DNA from: an uncultured candidate division Zixibacteria bacterium | GTDB taxonomy: Bacteria > Zixibacteria > MSB-5A5 > RBG-16-43-9 | Direction: 5' to 3' | Assembly: GCA_963713865.1 (NCBI GenBank) | Contig: OY970208.1 | Coordinates: 2,464,001 to 2,528,000 of the forward strand | DNA length: 64,000 nt | Shown: positions 1-10,866 of the stretch, in pieces | Layout: every line of letters starts with the position of its first letter | How positions within the stretch are numbered: the stretch's first letter is position 1 | Notes under the pieces: generated by a model | Databases searched by the model: none | Told to the model about the DNA's origin: nothing | What the model saw: only the letters and a program-made list of their open reading frames with translations | Position numbers and translations under genes: made by a program

Positions 1-4
1 AAGC

Positions 5-2596
5 GTGGAACCTAACCATTTCACTGAAGAGAATATTGATCTTCTCTCTTCTATTGCCAACCAAGTCGGGGTTGGAATTGAAAACGTTCAGTTATATCTA
101 AAGGAGACCAACAAAGCCAGACGTCTAAGGGTTATCAATCAGATCGGTTTAAAGATCACCTCTATTCTGGATATCGAGAAGGTTCTGGAAGAAGTTATCA
201 GCCTGCTATACTCGGAAATGAATTACTATGGTGTAACTATAGGTTTAATTCATAAGGATGAGTTAATTATAAAAGGTGCCTATGAAGATAATACTGGAAA
301 ACACGCTCAGCATACTCACAGTTTAGATTTAAAAGAAAATAGTATAATTGGCTGGGTGGTGGAAAATAACCAGCCGTTGTTAGTAAGAGACGTGCACTCT
401 GATCCACGCTATTATTATTTTGAGGGATTAAAGGACACCAGATCTGAATTAGCCGTCCCCATCGAATTACAGGGTAAAATCTTGGGGGTTTTAGATGTCC
501 AGAGCAACAAAATCGATTTCTTCGAAGATGAAGATCTACAACTTCTTCAATCCATTGCCAATCAGGCTGCTGTAGCTCTGGAAAACGCCAGGCTCTATGC
601 TAACAGCGAAAAGAAAATTCAAGAGCTTTCGGTTCTAAACGAAGTTGGTAGGGTAGTGAACTCCACCCTGGATTTAGACCAGATTTTAGAACATATCTAC
701 AAACAATTGTCCTCAGTGATTAACTCCCCTTCTTACTATGTGGCTTTATATGATGAGAAAAACGCGAGATTGAATTTCGAGATCTTAATCGATGAAGGGA
801 AGCGATTCTCCAAAACCACCACTCCCTTAGGCGAAGGAACGGTAAGTTATGTAATAAAAACCAAAAAGCCTTTGCTCATTCGCGACATCGAATCTGAGAT
901 TAATAACCTGCCAATCAAGATAGAGACAGTGGGAAGTGAAAAGATCTCTTCCTCCTGGATGGGAGTGCCGATGATGTCCGGGGATAAGGTGTTAGGTGTT
1001 TTAGCTGTAGCCAGTTACGAGAAAAATGCCTTTTCGGAAGAAGACCTTCAATTTTTGACAAATATTTCCAACCAGGCTGCAATTGCCATAGTCAATGCAC
1101 AGCTTTTTCACCAGGTGTTAAAGGGAAAACAGGAATGGGAACAAACCTTCGATTCGATAACCGACCTGATCTGCTTGATCGATCCAGAATATAGAATTAT
1201 CCGGGTGAATAGAACCTTAGCTCAAAAATTAGGTGAACAGCCAGAAGGAATAATCGGTAAAAAATGCCATCAGGTCTTTCATCCTGAGTCAGATACACCC
1301 TGTCCTGAGTGTGCCCATCGTCAAGCTATGATCTCTAAAAAACCCTTTACTCTGGAGACCAAAAGCATAGGGAGTAATGAAATATTTTTGTGTTCAGCTT
1401 TCCCGCGTTTCAGTTCCAAAGAAGAATTCATCGGCAGTGTTTATGTGCTTAGAGATATAACTGAGCAGAAAAGGCTCAGGGAGCAATTAGTCCAGTCGGA
1501 GAAGATGGCTGCGGTGGGACAGTTAGTTTCGGGAGTAGCCCATGAGCTTAATAACCCCTTAGCTGGAGTCATGGGATATGCCCAGCTTTTATTGATGCGA
1601 AATGATCTGGATGACAAAACTCAGAGTTACCTGAACAAAATCAGTAAAGAGTCGGATCGTGCAAAAAACATTGTTAACAATTTACTCACCTTCGCACGTA
1701 AACATAAGCCAGAGAAAAAATTCCTGGATATAAATACTATCCTGGAACAAACCATAGTGTTAAGAGCTTATGACCTGAAAGTCAGCAGTGTCCAGGTACT
1801 TAAAAATTTTGACCCCCAACTGCCCAAGACCATGGCTGATTTCTACCAGCTTCAGCAAGTATTTCTCAATATTTTCAACAATGCCCAGCAAGCTATTCTG
1901 GAATCAAAAGGTAAGGGCGAAATCAAAATCACTACTCAAAAATTGGGAGAGATGATTCAGATAGCTTTTGAAGATAATGGCCCGGGTATCCCGGAGGAGA
2001 ACCTTAACAAAATCTTCGAGCCCTTTTTCACTACCAAGGAAGTAGGAAGGGGAACCGGACTGGGCTTAAGCATCTCATACGGGATAATTCAGCAACATAG
2101 TGGAAAGATCTATGCTCGAAGTACCCTGGGACAGGGTGCCACTTTCATAATCGAGCTACCCATACTAAAAGAAGAGGGTGTAAGTGAAACTGAGAGAAAA
2201 GAAAAACCTAAACCTTTGAAACGAAAGATAGAAAGTAAGAATATTTTAGTGATAGACGATGAGCAATCGATTCTGGATATTCTGATGAATACCTTACAAC
2301 AGGAAGGTCATCAGGTAGATGTGGCATCTAACGGAAGAATAGCTTTATCCAAGGTTAAGGAAACTGACTATGACCTGGTGATAACCGATATAAAGATGCC
2401 AGATTTTGATGGTAGAAGGTTTTTCAAAGAGGTAGAGAAACATAATCAGAAATTAGCTGAAAAGATTATCTTTACCACCGGAGACCTGGCCAATCCCGAA
2501 ACCCAGGCTTTCCTGGAAAATACCAACCGACCTTGCATCGCCAAGCCTTTCAATTTAGAAGATGTCAAACAGACGGTCTTGAGATTTTTTGAATAA
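5..2596 (+). CDS. Hybrid sensor histidine kinase (tandem GAF, PAS, HisKA/HATPase, C-terminal receiver); 5' end truncated by the window
   Basis: Repeated GAF motifs (F..EDLQ.L..IANQAA.A), H-box [11 protein letters not shown]-boxes DNGPGI and GTGLGLSIS, receiver with VIDDE, DIKMP and KPF. Confidence 0.9.
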   Translation: MEPNHFTEENIDLLSSIANQVGVGIENVQLYLKETNKARRLRVINQIGLKITSILDIEKVLEEVISLLYSEMNYYGVTIGLIHKDELIIKGAYEDNTGKHAQHTHSLDLKENSIIGWVVENNQPLLVRDVHSDPRYYYFEGLKDTRSELAVPIELQGKILGVLDVQSNKIDFFEDEDLQLLQSIANQAAVALENARLYANSEKKIQELSVLNEVGRVVNSTLDLDQILEHIYKQLSSVINSPSYYVALYDEKNARLNFEILIDEGKRFSKTTTPLGEGTVSYVIKTKKPLLIRDIESEINNLPIKIETVGSEKISSSWMGVPMMSGDKVLGVLAVASYEKNAFSEEDLQFLTNISNQAAIAIVNAQLFHQVLKGKQEWEQTFDSITDLICLIDPEYRIIRVNRTLAQKLGEQPEGIIGKKCHQVFHPESDTPCPECAHRQAMISKKPFTLETKSIGSNEIFLCSAFPRFSSKEEFIGSVYVLRDITEQKRLREQLVQSEKMAAVGQLVSGVAHELNNPLAGVMGYAQLLLMRNDLDDKTQSYLNKISKESDRAKNIVNNLLTFARKHKPEKKFLDINTILEQTIVLRAYDLKVSSVQVLKNFDPQLPKTMADFYQLQQVFLNIFNNAQQAILESKGKGEIKITTQKLGEMIQIAFEDNGPGIPEENLNKIFEPFFTTKEVGRGTGLGLSISYGIIQQHSGKIYARSTLGQGATFIIELPILKEEGVSETERKEKPKPLKRKIESKNILVIDDEQSILDILMNTLQQEGHQVDVASNGRIALSKVKETDYDLVITDIKMPDFDGRRFFKEVEKHNQKLAEKIIFTTGDLANPETQAFLENTNRPCIAKPFNLEDVKQTVLRFFE

Positions 2597-2680
2597 AATT
2601 ATTCCCCTTTTATAAATTATTTTTATAAGGGCACGGCAGGCCGTGCCCTTATTATCATTAAACTTTCTTCCTGAACGATA

Positions 2681-3649
2681 TTATTTTTTCATCTCTTGTC
2701 TGAGTTTTTCTAAATCCTCCTTCAGTTTCTCTAGTTCTTCTTTAAGTCCCTCCAGCTCCTTTTTTAGTTGTCTCTCGTCCGTAGAAAACTCTTTCTGGAT
2801 AAGAGGTTCAGGGATTTTGAGCTTTTCCGTAAATATTTTTATCTTATCCATATCCGGCCGGACCGTCTTTGACCATTCCTCTGCTTCCTGCAGAGTGACG
2901 GAAAATCTCATAGGTTTTTTCTCTCTAAATACTTCCAGATTGACTTTGTCTCCCTTCTCCTTATCAGAGACTATCTCCAGAAGCTCGTCAGAATTTTCAA
3001 CTTTGCGACTATCCACTTCCACGATCACGTCCCCGGCTTTTAATCCAGCTTGTTCTGCTGGACTTTCCTTCTCCACCTCAGTAATCAGCACACCTTCTCC
3101 ATTTTTAACCCCAAAGTAGTTCCCTAACTGATCAGTTAAATCCTGAATGGAAATCCCCAGCTTTGACCCTGAAAAAATAGACATCTTGAAAGGGAATCCC
3201 TTTTTCTTCTCCAGCTGTAGTCCTTCAGGAAAAGGGTTATACATACTTGAGGAAGAACTCTCACCCAGAGTAACCTGGATGATCTTCCTTTTCCCATCCC
3301 GGATGACCTTCAGTTCAATCTTGGTTTTGGGAGAAGTTTTTCTAACTAAACTGGTGAGGTCATCAACTGATAATACCCTCTTGCCATTAAAGGAGATTAT
3401 CACATCCCCATCCTCCAATCCTCCCTCTTCAGCCGGGCTATCCTCCACCACTCCACTGACCAGGACACCCTCTGTGGCTTCATCTAAATCCATTGATTCC
3501 TTTAGTCCAGAGGTAAGCTCCTGCAGATAAACTCCCAGCCAGCCCTGTTTTTTGTCCTTAACAGTTTTTTCAGCCCAGCTTAAGCTCAGGAATAGAAAAA
3601 CTACCAGGACCAGAAGCAGAAGCGTTGCTTTTGATAATTTTTTTAACAT
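2681..3649 (-). CDS. Exported tandem-PDZ domain protein with C-terminal coiled coil; no protease domain visible
   Basis: Signal peptide; two PDZ repeats (GWLGV..SPAEEGGLEDGDVI and KLGISI..SPAEQAGLKAGDVI); AGGAGG ribosome-binding site. Confidence 0.8.
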   Translation of the reverse strand: MLKKLSKATLLLLVLVVFLFLSLSWAEKTVKDKKQGWLGVYLQELTSGLKESMDLDEATEGVLVSGVVEDSPAEEGGLEDGDVIISFNGKRVLSVDDLTSLVRKTSPKTKIELKVIRDGKRKIIQVTLGESSSSSMYNPFPEGLQLEKKKGFPFKMSIFSGSKLGISIQDLTDQLGNYFGVKNGEGVLITEVEKESPAEQAGLKAGDVIVEVDSRKVENSDELLEIVSDKEKGDKVNLEVFREKKPMRFSVTLQEAEEWSKTVRPDMDKIKIFTEKLKIPEPLIQKEFSTDERQLKKELEGLKEELEKLKEDLEKLRQEMKK

Positions 3650-3872
3650 CGTATCACCTCCTTATCGTTTTATCTTTCAATAATTTTTACAATCATTTTA
3701 ACAAAATTGTTCCAGTATTTTGCAAAAATATTATTAATAGTTATAGGGGCGTATTGCAATACGCCCCTACCTCATCCTATATTCTATCAAAAAATATCTT
3801 TACAATTCTAAATTCTGAGGCTAAATTATTTTTCAGGATATTTTTTTCTACCAGTCTTTAAAGGAGGAGAAT

Positions 3873-4169
3873 ATGCCAACCTATATATTGATGACCAAGC
3901 TATCACCGGAGGTAACCAAAAGGATGAAACAGAGGGCTGAACTGGGGAAGGAATGGATGGAGGTAGTTAAAAGCAAATGCCCGGAGGTAAAATTCATCTG
4001 CCATTATGCCCTGCTTGGCCCTTACGATTTTCTGGATATCTACGAAGCCCCGGATGCAGAGACTGCGGCTAAGGTCTCTATGATCAGCCTTTCCTATGGT
4101 GCTATTCAGGCTGAAAGCTGGACTGCTATCCCGTATAAAAGATTTTTGGAACTAAGCCAGGAGATCTGA
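3873..4169 (+). CDS. GYD domain-containing protein
   Basis: MPTYILM start, LLGPYDFLDIYEAPD motif, AAGGAGGAG ribosome-binding site. Confidence 0.8.
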   Translation: MPTYILMTKLSPEVTKRMKQRAELGKEWMEVVKSKCPEVKFICHYALLGPYDFLDIYEAPDAETAAKVSMISLSYGAIQAESWTAIPYKRFLELSQEI

Positions 4170-4318
4170 AATGGGAAATGGTTTTCGTAGTGCGACCCTT
4201 TCAGGGTCGCTTGTTTTTTCCATTCTCTATTGGTTTCCAAACATCTGAGAAAAGAACAGGGGCGTATTGCCATACGCCCCTGCAAACTCCAATCCGCCTT
4301 AGGCGGACAGACTGTATT

Positions 4319-7300
4319 TCAACAAGGCGGAGGTCCGCCCTTGAAAAGGTAATTGATCAAATAAACCACATCGCTGACCGATACTTTACCATCACAATTA
4401 GTATCTCCAACCAGCAATTCTGGAACAGGTGCGACCCCGCCTTTGAAAAGGTAGCTAATTAAGAAGACCACATCAGTAATATCTATTGCCAGATCATAAT
4501 TGACATCTCCTGACAACCATACAGAGGTTTTGGATTTCACCCTTACATCATCTATGTAGAAACCCTCTCCATCGTATGTATATTGGTTATCGCTTACAAA
4601 GGAGAACCTGAGATATACACTTGTACCAGGAGGAATATGGGAAAGATCATAACTGTATTCTAGCCAATCGTTGCCAGTATTCAAAAGCGAGTCCAAAGCG
4701 CCACCTGTACCGATAAAGTCAAGTGTATCAGACTCTCCACTCAATGAGTTTACTATCTCCACATATATCCCATCAACACCGTAGTTGGTCACATCATACC
4801 AAAGCCAGAATAAAAGATTGGATTCAGGACCCAGGATAAAAGAAGAGCTTTTAAGCCAGGATGCCATATTATTATTGAAATACCAGGACCCTTCTATCCC
4901 GTTATACCAGCTCCAATCGCCCGAGTGTTTTCTGTGGCTGCTAAGATGCCATAAGTCATCAGCGCCTCCATGACTCCATTGGCTTGTGCCTGCTTCCATA
5001 TCATCCTTAAATCCCCCTTCGCCAATACTCAGGATGAAACTATCCTGAAACGAACACAGTTCGCTAGTCTCAGCGCGGAGATGCAGATAAGGAAAATAGA
5101 TAGAAGGACAGGTGGGAAGCAGATATACTTCAAAGCTCCCATACAAGCTCTTACCAGAACCAATATCGCCAAAGCTGGCTATGCTATCGGTGATATTTAC
5201 ATAAGGACTGGTGCTGGAAAGATGGCCGGTTACATTCCGCGCCGGCTCCTGTCCCTGGTTTTTCAAATAAAACCGAAGATCGAGATTCTCCCCGGGCTCT
5301 GGCTTGCCATTTCCATTTCCTCCAGCTGCATCATTCACCGAATAATTTTGATATACCAGATTAGGCGTGACCACAATTATAGGAATCATACTGCTCCCGG
5401 AAAATCCAGAGGTATCGCTAAATTCCAGATTAAAATAAATCACCTGATCATTAGGACAATTTGAGTCAATGGCGAATCTATATGGTTCGAGACTTAAACT
5501 GATCTCACCCGGGTTGATGATTCCGAAAGTCTGCACACTATCGGTTATGGTGATGTAGGGGTTGCCTTTTGAGTTCAAAATACCAGTCACGCTATACGCA
5601 GTCTCAGTTCCCCAATTCTTCAGGTTGACAGACATTTGAATGTTTTCTCCGGGATTTGGTAAACCATCACCGTTACCACCTGAAAAATCATCTAAGCTGT
5701 GCTCGTAACAGGAAATGTAAACTCCAGTGGAGACTACCGCTACAGTGTCGATGTAAGGAAGGAAATCGTGAGCAGTTAAGGTAACATACATCTCTCCAGC
5801 AGAGGATGGTGAAATCTCAAAACTAATCTGTCCCTGCTGGTCGGTCAAGCCCCGCTGGTATACCTCATCTCCTTTCATAAGACATACCAAAGCACCCGGC
5901 ACGGATTCCACTCCTCCGAAACCACTGTGAACGGTAATAGTATACTGACTTGTACCCACGATGATTGTGTCTGGATTCTGTACCAGAAGTACTTGAGGTG
6001 TATCCGTCCATATGGACATCTCCGGCTCGCCCAGAAGATTGATCTCATACATACACCAGCGATACACGTTTTCCTGTTGAGCCATAGGAACATAAAAAGA
6101 TTTCATATTTGCTACCGTAGCACCTATGTTATAAATGCTCCTGGAAAACAAAGTAGCGAAGAATTGCTGATCGAACCGGTCCGAATACCCATATTCTGGA
6201 TTACCAGGAGCTCCCCATCCGTATCTCGAATTCCCGATAAAAGCTACGCCTCCGCCATTCGGGTTGTTAATGAAATGTTCTGCCATACAGTCATAATCAA
6301 AAGCAGCAGGCCAGCAGCCGATAGAATAGAGGATCGAATTTCGGGGATTGTTATTGAGCCCATCCATATCAGAACGACCGAGATAATCACTTCCCACCCC
6401 CATCACGCTGTAGTTAGCATGTCCATCATGGTTGATGATATTTTGTCCCTCATTCATGGCTGCCAATACCGTGCTTTTGTTCTCATTTCCTAATGCCTCG
6501 TAGAGTTTGGTAATAGGATCAAACTGTGGGGGAACATATCTTTCGTCGATAAGATCCTTTCCAATCCCTGAGTTAGTGTAAGGATCAGACCATAAGATCT
6601 CTCCTAAAAAAAGCATCTTAGTTTGATAGTCCGTGGGAGGATTCTTCTCATAGGTCAAAATTTTATTCACCAAAGCCTGGGCTTTTGTCACGTTACTGCA
6701 CGAAGCTCTTCCTACGAAAACATCGGAGTACATATCAACTGAGTCCTCCACTTCTCCATAGACATGATTGCCGTTACCGTCCCACGTCCCATCCAGATCG
6801 GAAAAATATAGATCGCACTGTATGTTATTCTCATCTGGATAATAACCCGCTTCGCAGTCCATAGCCCAGGCAACTCTTGCCGGGACCTGATTGACATCCC
6901 CTCCCAGAAGTACCCAGAGGGTTCCCCAGTTCTGGTAAGCATCCTTGATGAAATTCCTTATCCTCTCTGCATTATCATATCCAGAATAATGGCTATAGAT
7001 CCAGTTAGTAGTGACGATCCTTGTTGGGATGCCCTTTTGGGTTTTCCAATCTGCCAGGGGCTGAAATGCGGATACAAAAGAGGTCTCGGTAACGATTATA
7101 TACTCGTAATCTCCCGGAGGAACAAATGATTTTGTGACCCTCTTGGGTTCAAGGTTTAAGCTAACTGCATCGGGGTTCAAAGTAGTTTTTCTTAACACGG
7201 TCTCATAAACCTGAGTACCGGTAAGAGATCTCTTCATTATCGGCAGGGGTCTCTTCCCTCCCGGAGAGTAATTGATCTTGAATTCTATGTGAGAATAGAA

Positions 7301-7795
7301 CTTTACCTTCTTCTCAGCAGGAATATACTGAAGCGGGTAGACCAGGATGTTTGCCAGTTGATACCCTCCTAAAAAACCGGTACCAGTATATTCAAGTAGT
7401 CTGCCCGGGTATTCTATATTCTGTTGATAAATCTTAGGCTCAGGTGGAACAAATAGAATAGGCTGTTGTATAAGAGAAAGGATTCGAGGTGGCTGAACTG
7501 GTAAGATCTGATACTGGTCGGGAAGGAATTCCCCTCTGACATAAGTCACCAGCACCTCTTCCACCTCAGAGCCAGGAGGAAGGGCTACATGAACTAGCTT
7601 TACAGGAAGCTGGGGGAATCCTACTTCATTCGTGATATCACAACCCTTTATATTGAGTATATCAAATCCATCTGAGCTTGAAAAAATCAGATCCTCTGTG
7701 GAGAACTCCACTGTATGAGAAAGTTCCGCGGACTCTGTCTTGCCTGGCCTGAAAAGAAAAAGGAAACACGCTAAAAACAAAATTCTAAGTCTCAT
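4319..7795 (-). CDS. Secreted C25 (gingipain-family) cysteine peptidase with propeptide, Ig-like repeats and C-terminal dockerin-like domain
   Basis: Signal peptide; WKTQKG, VLLGGD, DLYFSDLDG, VGR, catalytic HDGH and SIGC, NLLGEP motifs; C-terminal GDVNYD...GDTNCDG..SDVVYLINYLF duplicated EF-hand-like dockerin. Confidence 0.88.
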   Translation of the reverse strand: MRLRILFLACFLFLFRPGKTESAELSHTVEFSTEDLIFSSSDGFDILNIKGCDITNEVGFPQLPVKLVHVALPPGSEVEEVLVTYVRGEFLPDQYQILPVQPPRILSLIQQPILFVPPEPKIYQQNIEYPGRLLEYTGTGFLGGYQLANILVYPLQYIPAEKKVKFYSHIEFKINYSPGGKRPLPIMKRSLTGTQVYETVLRKTTLNPDAVSLNLEPKRVTKSFVPPGDYEYIIVTETSFVSAFQPLADWKTQKGIPTRIVTTNWIYSHYSGYDNAERIRNFIKDAYQNWGTLWVLLGGDVNQVPARVAWAMDCEAGYYPDENNIQCDLYFSDLDGTWDGNGNHVYGEVEDSVDMYSDVFVGRASCSNVTKAQALVNKILTYEKNPPTDYQTKMLFLGEILWSDPYTNSGIGKDLIDERYVPPQFDPITKLYEALGNENKSTVLAAMNEGQNIINHDGHANYSVMGVGSDYLGRSDMDGLNNNPRNSILYSIGCWPAAFDYDCMAEHFINNPNGGGVAFIGNSRYGWGAPGNPEYGYSDRFDQQFFATLFSRSIYNIGATVANMKSFYVPMAQQENVYRWCMYEINLLGEPEMSIWTDTPQVLLVQNPDTIIVGTSQYTITVHSGFGGVESVPGALVCLMKGDEVYQRGLTDQQGQISFEISPSSAGEMYVTLTAHDFLPYIDTVAVVSTGVYISCYEHSLDDFSGGNGDGLPNPGENIQMSVNLKNWGTETAYSVTGILNSKGNPYITITDSVQTFGIINPGEISLSLEPYRFAIDSNCPNDQVIYFNLEFSDTSGFSGSSMIPIIVVTPNLVYQNYSVNDAAGGNGNGKPEPGENLDLRFYLKNQGQEPARNVTGHLSSTSPYVNITDSIASFGDIGSGKSLYGSFEVYLLPTCPSIYFPYLHLRAETSELCSFQDSFILSIGEGGFKDDMEAGTSQWSHGGADDLWHLSSHRKHSGDWSWYNGIEGSWYFNNNMASWLKSSSFILGPESNLLFWLWYDVTNYGVDGIYVEIVNSLSGESDTLDFIGTGGALDSLLNTGNDWLEYSYDLSHIPPGTSVYLRFSFVSDNQYTYDGEGFYIDDVRVKSKTSVWLSGDVNYDLAIDITDVVFLISYLFKGGVAPVPELLVGDTNCDGKVSVSDVVYLINYLFKGGPPPC

Positions 7796-7931
7796 TACTA
7801 CACCTCCTTAATCAGAAATGAGCAAGTAATTGATCTTTACGAGCTTAATATAAGTGATTTTGTGATTTTGTCAACTTTTCGACTTCATTCTAATAGGATA
7901 AATTAGGTCTATATACTCTACAAATAGTTTC

Positions 7932-7960
7932 TTGACACGTATTATTTTTAGAATTATATT
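7932..7960 (+). promoter_or_regulatory. Putative sigma70 promoter of the GlcF-like gene
   Basis: TTGACA-N17-TATATT about 30 nt upstream of the ATG at 7991. Confidence 0.55.
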
Positions 7961-7990
7961 GACAAAAATTTTTTCGAGGACAATCCCGTT

Positions 7991-9265
7991 ATGTCACAAA
8001 ACGATTACAAATATATAAAAGAACACGAAGACCAGCTTTTAAAATGCCTTAAGTGCGGCACCTGCCTGCCTGCCTGCCCTTTGTATGCGGAGCTTAAATA
8101 TGAGCCAGCCGCACCCAGAGGAAGGGTAGCTTTAATCGATGCCGCCTATAAAGGGGAGATCGACTTAACTGAGGTTTTCAGAAAAAAAATAGCTTTCTGC
8201 CTGAACTGTAAATCCTGCGTGGAAAATTGTCCCAGCGGAGTAAAAGTAGACGACTTGATTTTAACTGCCAGAGCTGAATTAGTCGAAAAAGGAAAGCTGA
8301 CCCTCATAGAAAGACTCATCTTCAGACATCTAATGAAAAGAGGAAGACTCCTCCCCCCTGTAGCTAAATGGGCAACCTTTATGGGCAGATTAGCCCAGAA
8401 AATGCTGCCGAGCAGCACCACCTTAAAACTATTCTTACCTATACCTGAAGGCTTTAAAGAAAGGATTTATCCCCGGATCGCTAAAAAGAACGCACGAAAA
8501 AGATTCCCTGAACTAATCAAGGTAAAAAATCCTAAGATGAGGGTCGGCTATTTTGTTGGCTGCGGAACAGATCTGGTTTATCCTGAGATAGCCGAGGCAG
8601 TGATAAAAGTTTTAACCCATAATGATATCGAGGTTGTCATTCCCAGAGGATGGGTTTGCTGTGGAACTTCAATCTATAACTCTGGTGATTTTAAAACCGG
8701 GATTAAACACGCCAGAAAGAACTTGAAAGTTTTCAATGAAGCTAAAGTGGATGCCATTGTAACCAACTGTGCCTCCTGCGGCTTGACCTTGAAAAAAGAG
8801 TATCCTGAACTTTTGAAAGTTGGAAAATTCGATGCCCCGGTTTATGATATAAACGAATTTCTAACTAAAGTGATTAAACTGAAAGACGATTTCAAATCAA
8901 TCGATTATAAAGTTACCTACCATGATCCCTGCCATCTGAACCGGGGACAGGGAATAAAAGCCGAGCCCAGAAAAATCTTGAAAAGCCTGCCCGGAGTCAA
9001 ATTCACCGATATGAAAGATGCAGACCGGTGCTGTGGCGGAGGAGGCTCTTTCCATTTAAAATATTATCCCATTTCCGTAGGTGTAATGCAGAAGAAATTG
9101 GTCAATATGGAAAAACTCGATGCAGATACCCTGGTAACCTCCTGCCCCGGCTGTATGATGAGATTTGAGGAAACGTTTTTACAGAAACAAAACGGCAAGA
9201 AAGTCAAGCACATAGTCCAGCTCTTAGCTGAAGCCTACGGAGATAAAGATCGTCGAGACGCATAG
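7991..9265 (+). CDS. glcF: GlcF-like Fe-S subunit of a glycolate/lactate dehydrogenase
   Basis: Two CxxCxxCxxxCP motifs, PRGR, two CCG domains (CCG..CASC; HDPCH..CCGGGG..CPGC). Confidence 0.8.
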   Translation: MSQNDYKYIKEHEDQLLKCLKCGTCLPACPLYAELKYEPAAPRGRVALIDAAYKGEIDLTEVFRKKIAFCLNCKSCVENCPSGVKVDDLILTARAELVEKGKLTLIERLIFRHLMKRGRLLPPVAKWATFMGRLAQKMLPSSTTLKLFLPIPEGFKERIYPRIAKKNARKRFPELIKVKNPKMRVGYFVGCGTDLVYPEIAEAVIKVLTHNDIEVVIPRGWVCCGTSIYNSGDFKTGIKHARKNLKVFNEAKVDAIVTNCASCGLTLKKEYPELLKVGKFDAPVYDINEFLTKVIKLKDDFKSIDYKVTYHDPCHLNRGQGIKAEPRKILKSLPGVKFTDMKDADRCCGGGGSFHLKYYPISVGVMQKKLVNMEKLDADTLVTSCPGCMMRFEETFLQKQNGKKVKHIVQLLAEAYGDKDRRDA

Positions 9266-9528
9266 CCATGCGTCTCTCCTTTTTTCTAACAGCTCCTTGT
9301 AGAGAATATCCTGATATTTTCAAATCATTCGTAACAGATTCTCGTAAAAGCTTTAATCAAGTTTAACGTTATAATACAAGCGTGACGCTGAAGTTGGTTC
9401 TGAGAGGTAATCCGTTGCCTGTTCAGTGCCGATTTATATTAATAGTAAAGCTAAAAGATTACAGCTTTTTGCTTGCATTTTAAGCTGTTAGTGTTTTTAT
9501 TTGAGACAAAACTTGAGGGTTTTAAGAG

Positions 9529-10866
9529 ATGAGTCAATATTCCTGTGAGAAAAATGGGGACCCGGTAGAGCTCCTTAAAGATACGATTGAGACTAAAATG
9601 GATAAACTTGCCGGGATCAACCAGATTCTGAAGAAAAAGCTCTTCGATCTGCAGGCTATTTTAGAGCTCAGCCGGCAATTCAACTCAAATCCGGACCTGA
9701 ATTCTCTTCTGGAAAACACTCTTCTGACCGTTGCGAGATGTTTAGAGGTCAAGGGTGGATTTATCGCAGTTCAAAAGACTCCTGATGACAGATCGTTTTC
9801 TCTTACCAGGTCTTGCGGGATCGAGATAAAAAAAGGGTTGGAGTTTTCACCTGATTCCTCCCTGTCTGCATATCTTATAGAAAAGAACAAACCTCTATTC
9901 GTAAAAAATGTAATTAAGGAATTTAAGTCTGGGCTGAAAGAATTTCAAGCTAACGAATTTGAGATTATAATCCCTCTTTTGATAAGAGATAAGGTAAGGG
10001 GTATTCTTTTACTCTCCGGCAAGATTTCCGGTCAGTCCTATTCGGAAAACGATCTGGAATTCCTTTCCCTGCTGACTAATCAGGTAACCATCATAATGGA
10101 AAATTTGCTTTACTCTCGGAACGGGAAAGATGCAGATTCAAAACCTGAGAAAACTCGACCGCACTTTATGCAGACCGAAAGATTGGTACTCTTAGGCCAG
10201 CTTTCCATAGCAATTGCCCAGAAGATAACTGACCCTCTGGGGATAATCAAAAATTATCTGGCTATACTTTCACAATCTTTTAAAAAACCCGATAAATCCC
10301 TGGCTCATCTGAGGGTCATAAAAGAAGAGGTGGATCGGATAGCCCATATCGTAAAACAGCTTACCTATTTCTATCGTCCCAAATCCGAGGTTAAAACCCT
10401 GATAGACATTGGCTCTCTTTTAGAAGACACCCTGTCTTTCGTAGAAAAACAATTTTCCAAAGATAAAATCTTTATAAAGAAGGAATTCCAGTCAGACCTG
10501 CCCAGAATTAAAGTTTATCCGGATGAATTACAACAGGTATTTTTAAACCTTCTGATGAATTCCAGGGATTCTTTGCCTCAGGGAGGGGAGATAGAAGTTT
10601 CTGTGAGCGCTCAAAAGGAGAAGCTGGAAATAGAGTTTAAAGATACTGGCAGATGGATTGAAGAAAATGATATCGCTTTAAACTTCGAGCTTTTTGATCT
10701 CCCGGATGCGGGATCGCAGAGACTGGGATTCTGGGTTTCCTCCGAGATATTAAAAAGACATAATGGTGAGCTAAAGGTAAAAAATAGAGAGGATAGAAAA
10801 GGAAGCTGTTTTAACCTCAGCCTGCCTTTCCGGGAAACGGATCTACAGGACGGTAAATTAGGATGA
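9529..10866 (+). CDS. GAF plus histidine-kinase-like protein with degenerate catalytic motifs (probable pseudokinase)
   Basis: GAF motif; H-box reads IAQKITDPLG (no His); N-box LQQVFLNLLMNS intact; G1 DTGRWI and G2 SQRLGFWVS degenerate. Confidence 0.75.
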   Translation: MSQYSCEKNGDPVELLKDTIETKMDKLAGINQILKKKLFDLQAILELSRQFNSNPDLNSLLENTLLTVARCLEVKGGFIAVQKTPDDRSFSLTRSCGIEIKKGLEFSPDSSLSAYLIEKNKPLFVKNVIKEFKSGLKEFQANEFEIIIPLLIRDKVRGILLLSGKISGQSYSENDLEFLSLLTNQVTIIMENLLYSRNGKDADSKPEKTRPHFMQTERLVLLGQLSIAIAQKITDPLGIIKNYLAILSQSFKKPDKSLAHLRVIKEEVDRIAHIVKQLTYFYRPKSEVKTLIDIGSLLEDTLSFVEKQFSKDKIFIKKEFQSDLPRIKVYPDELQQVFLNLLMNSRDSLPQGGEIEVSVSAQKEKLEIEFKDTGRWIEENDIALNFELFDLPDAGSQRLGFWVSSEILKRHNGELKVKNREDRKGSCFNLSLPFRETDLQDGKLG

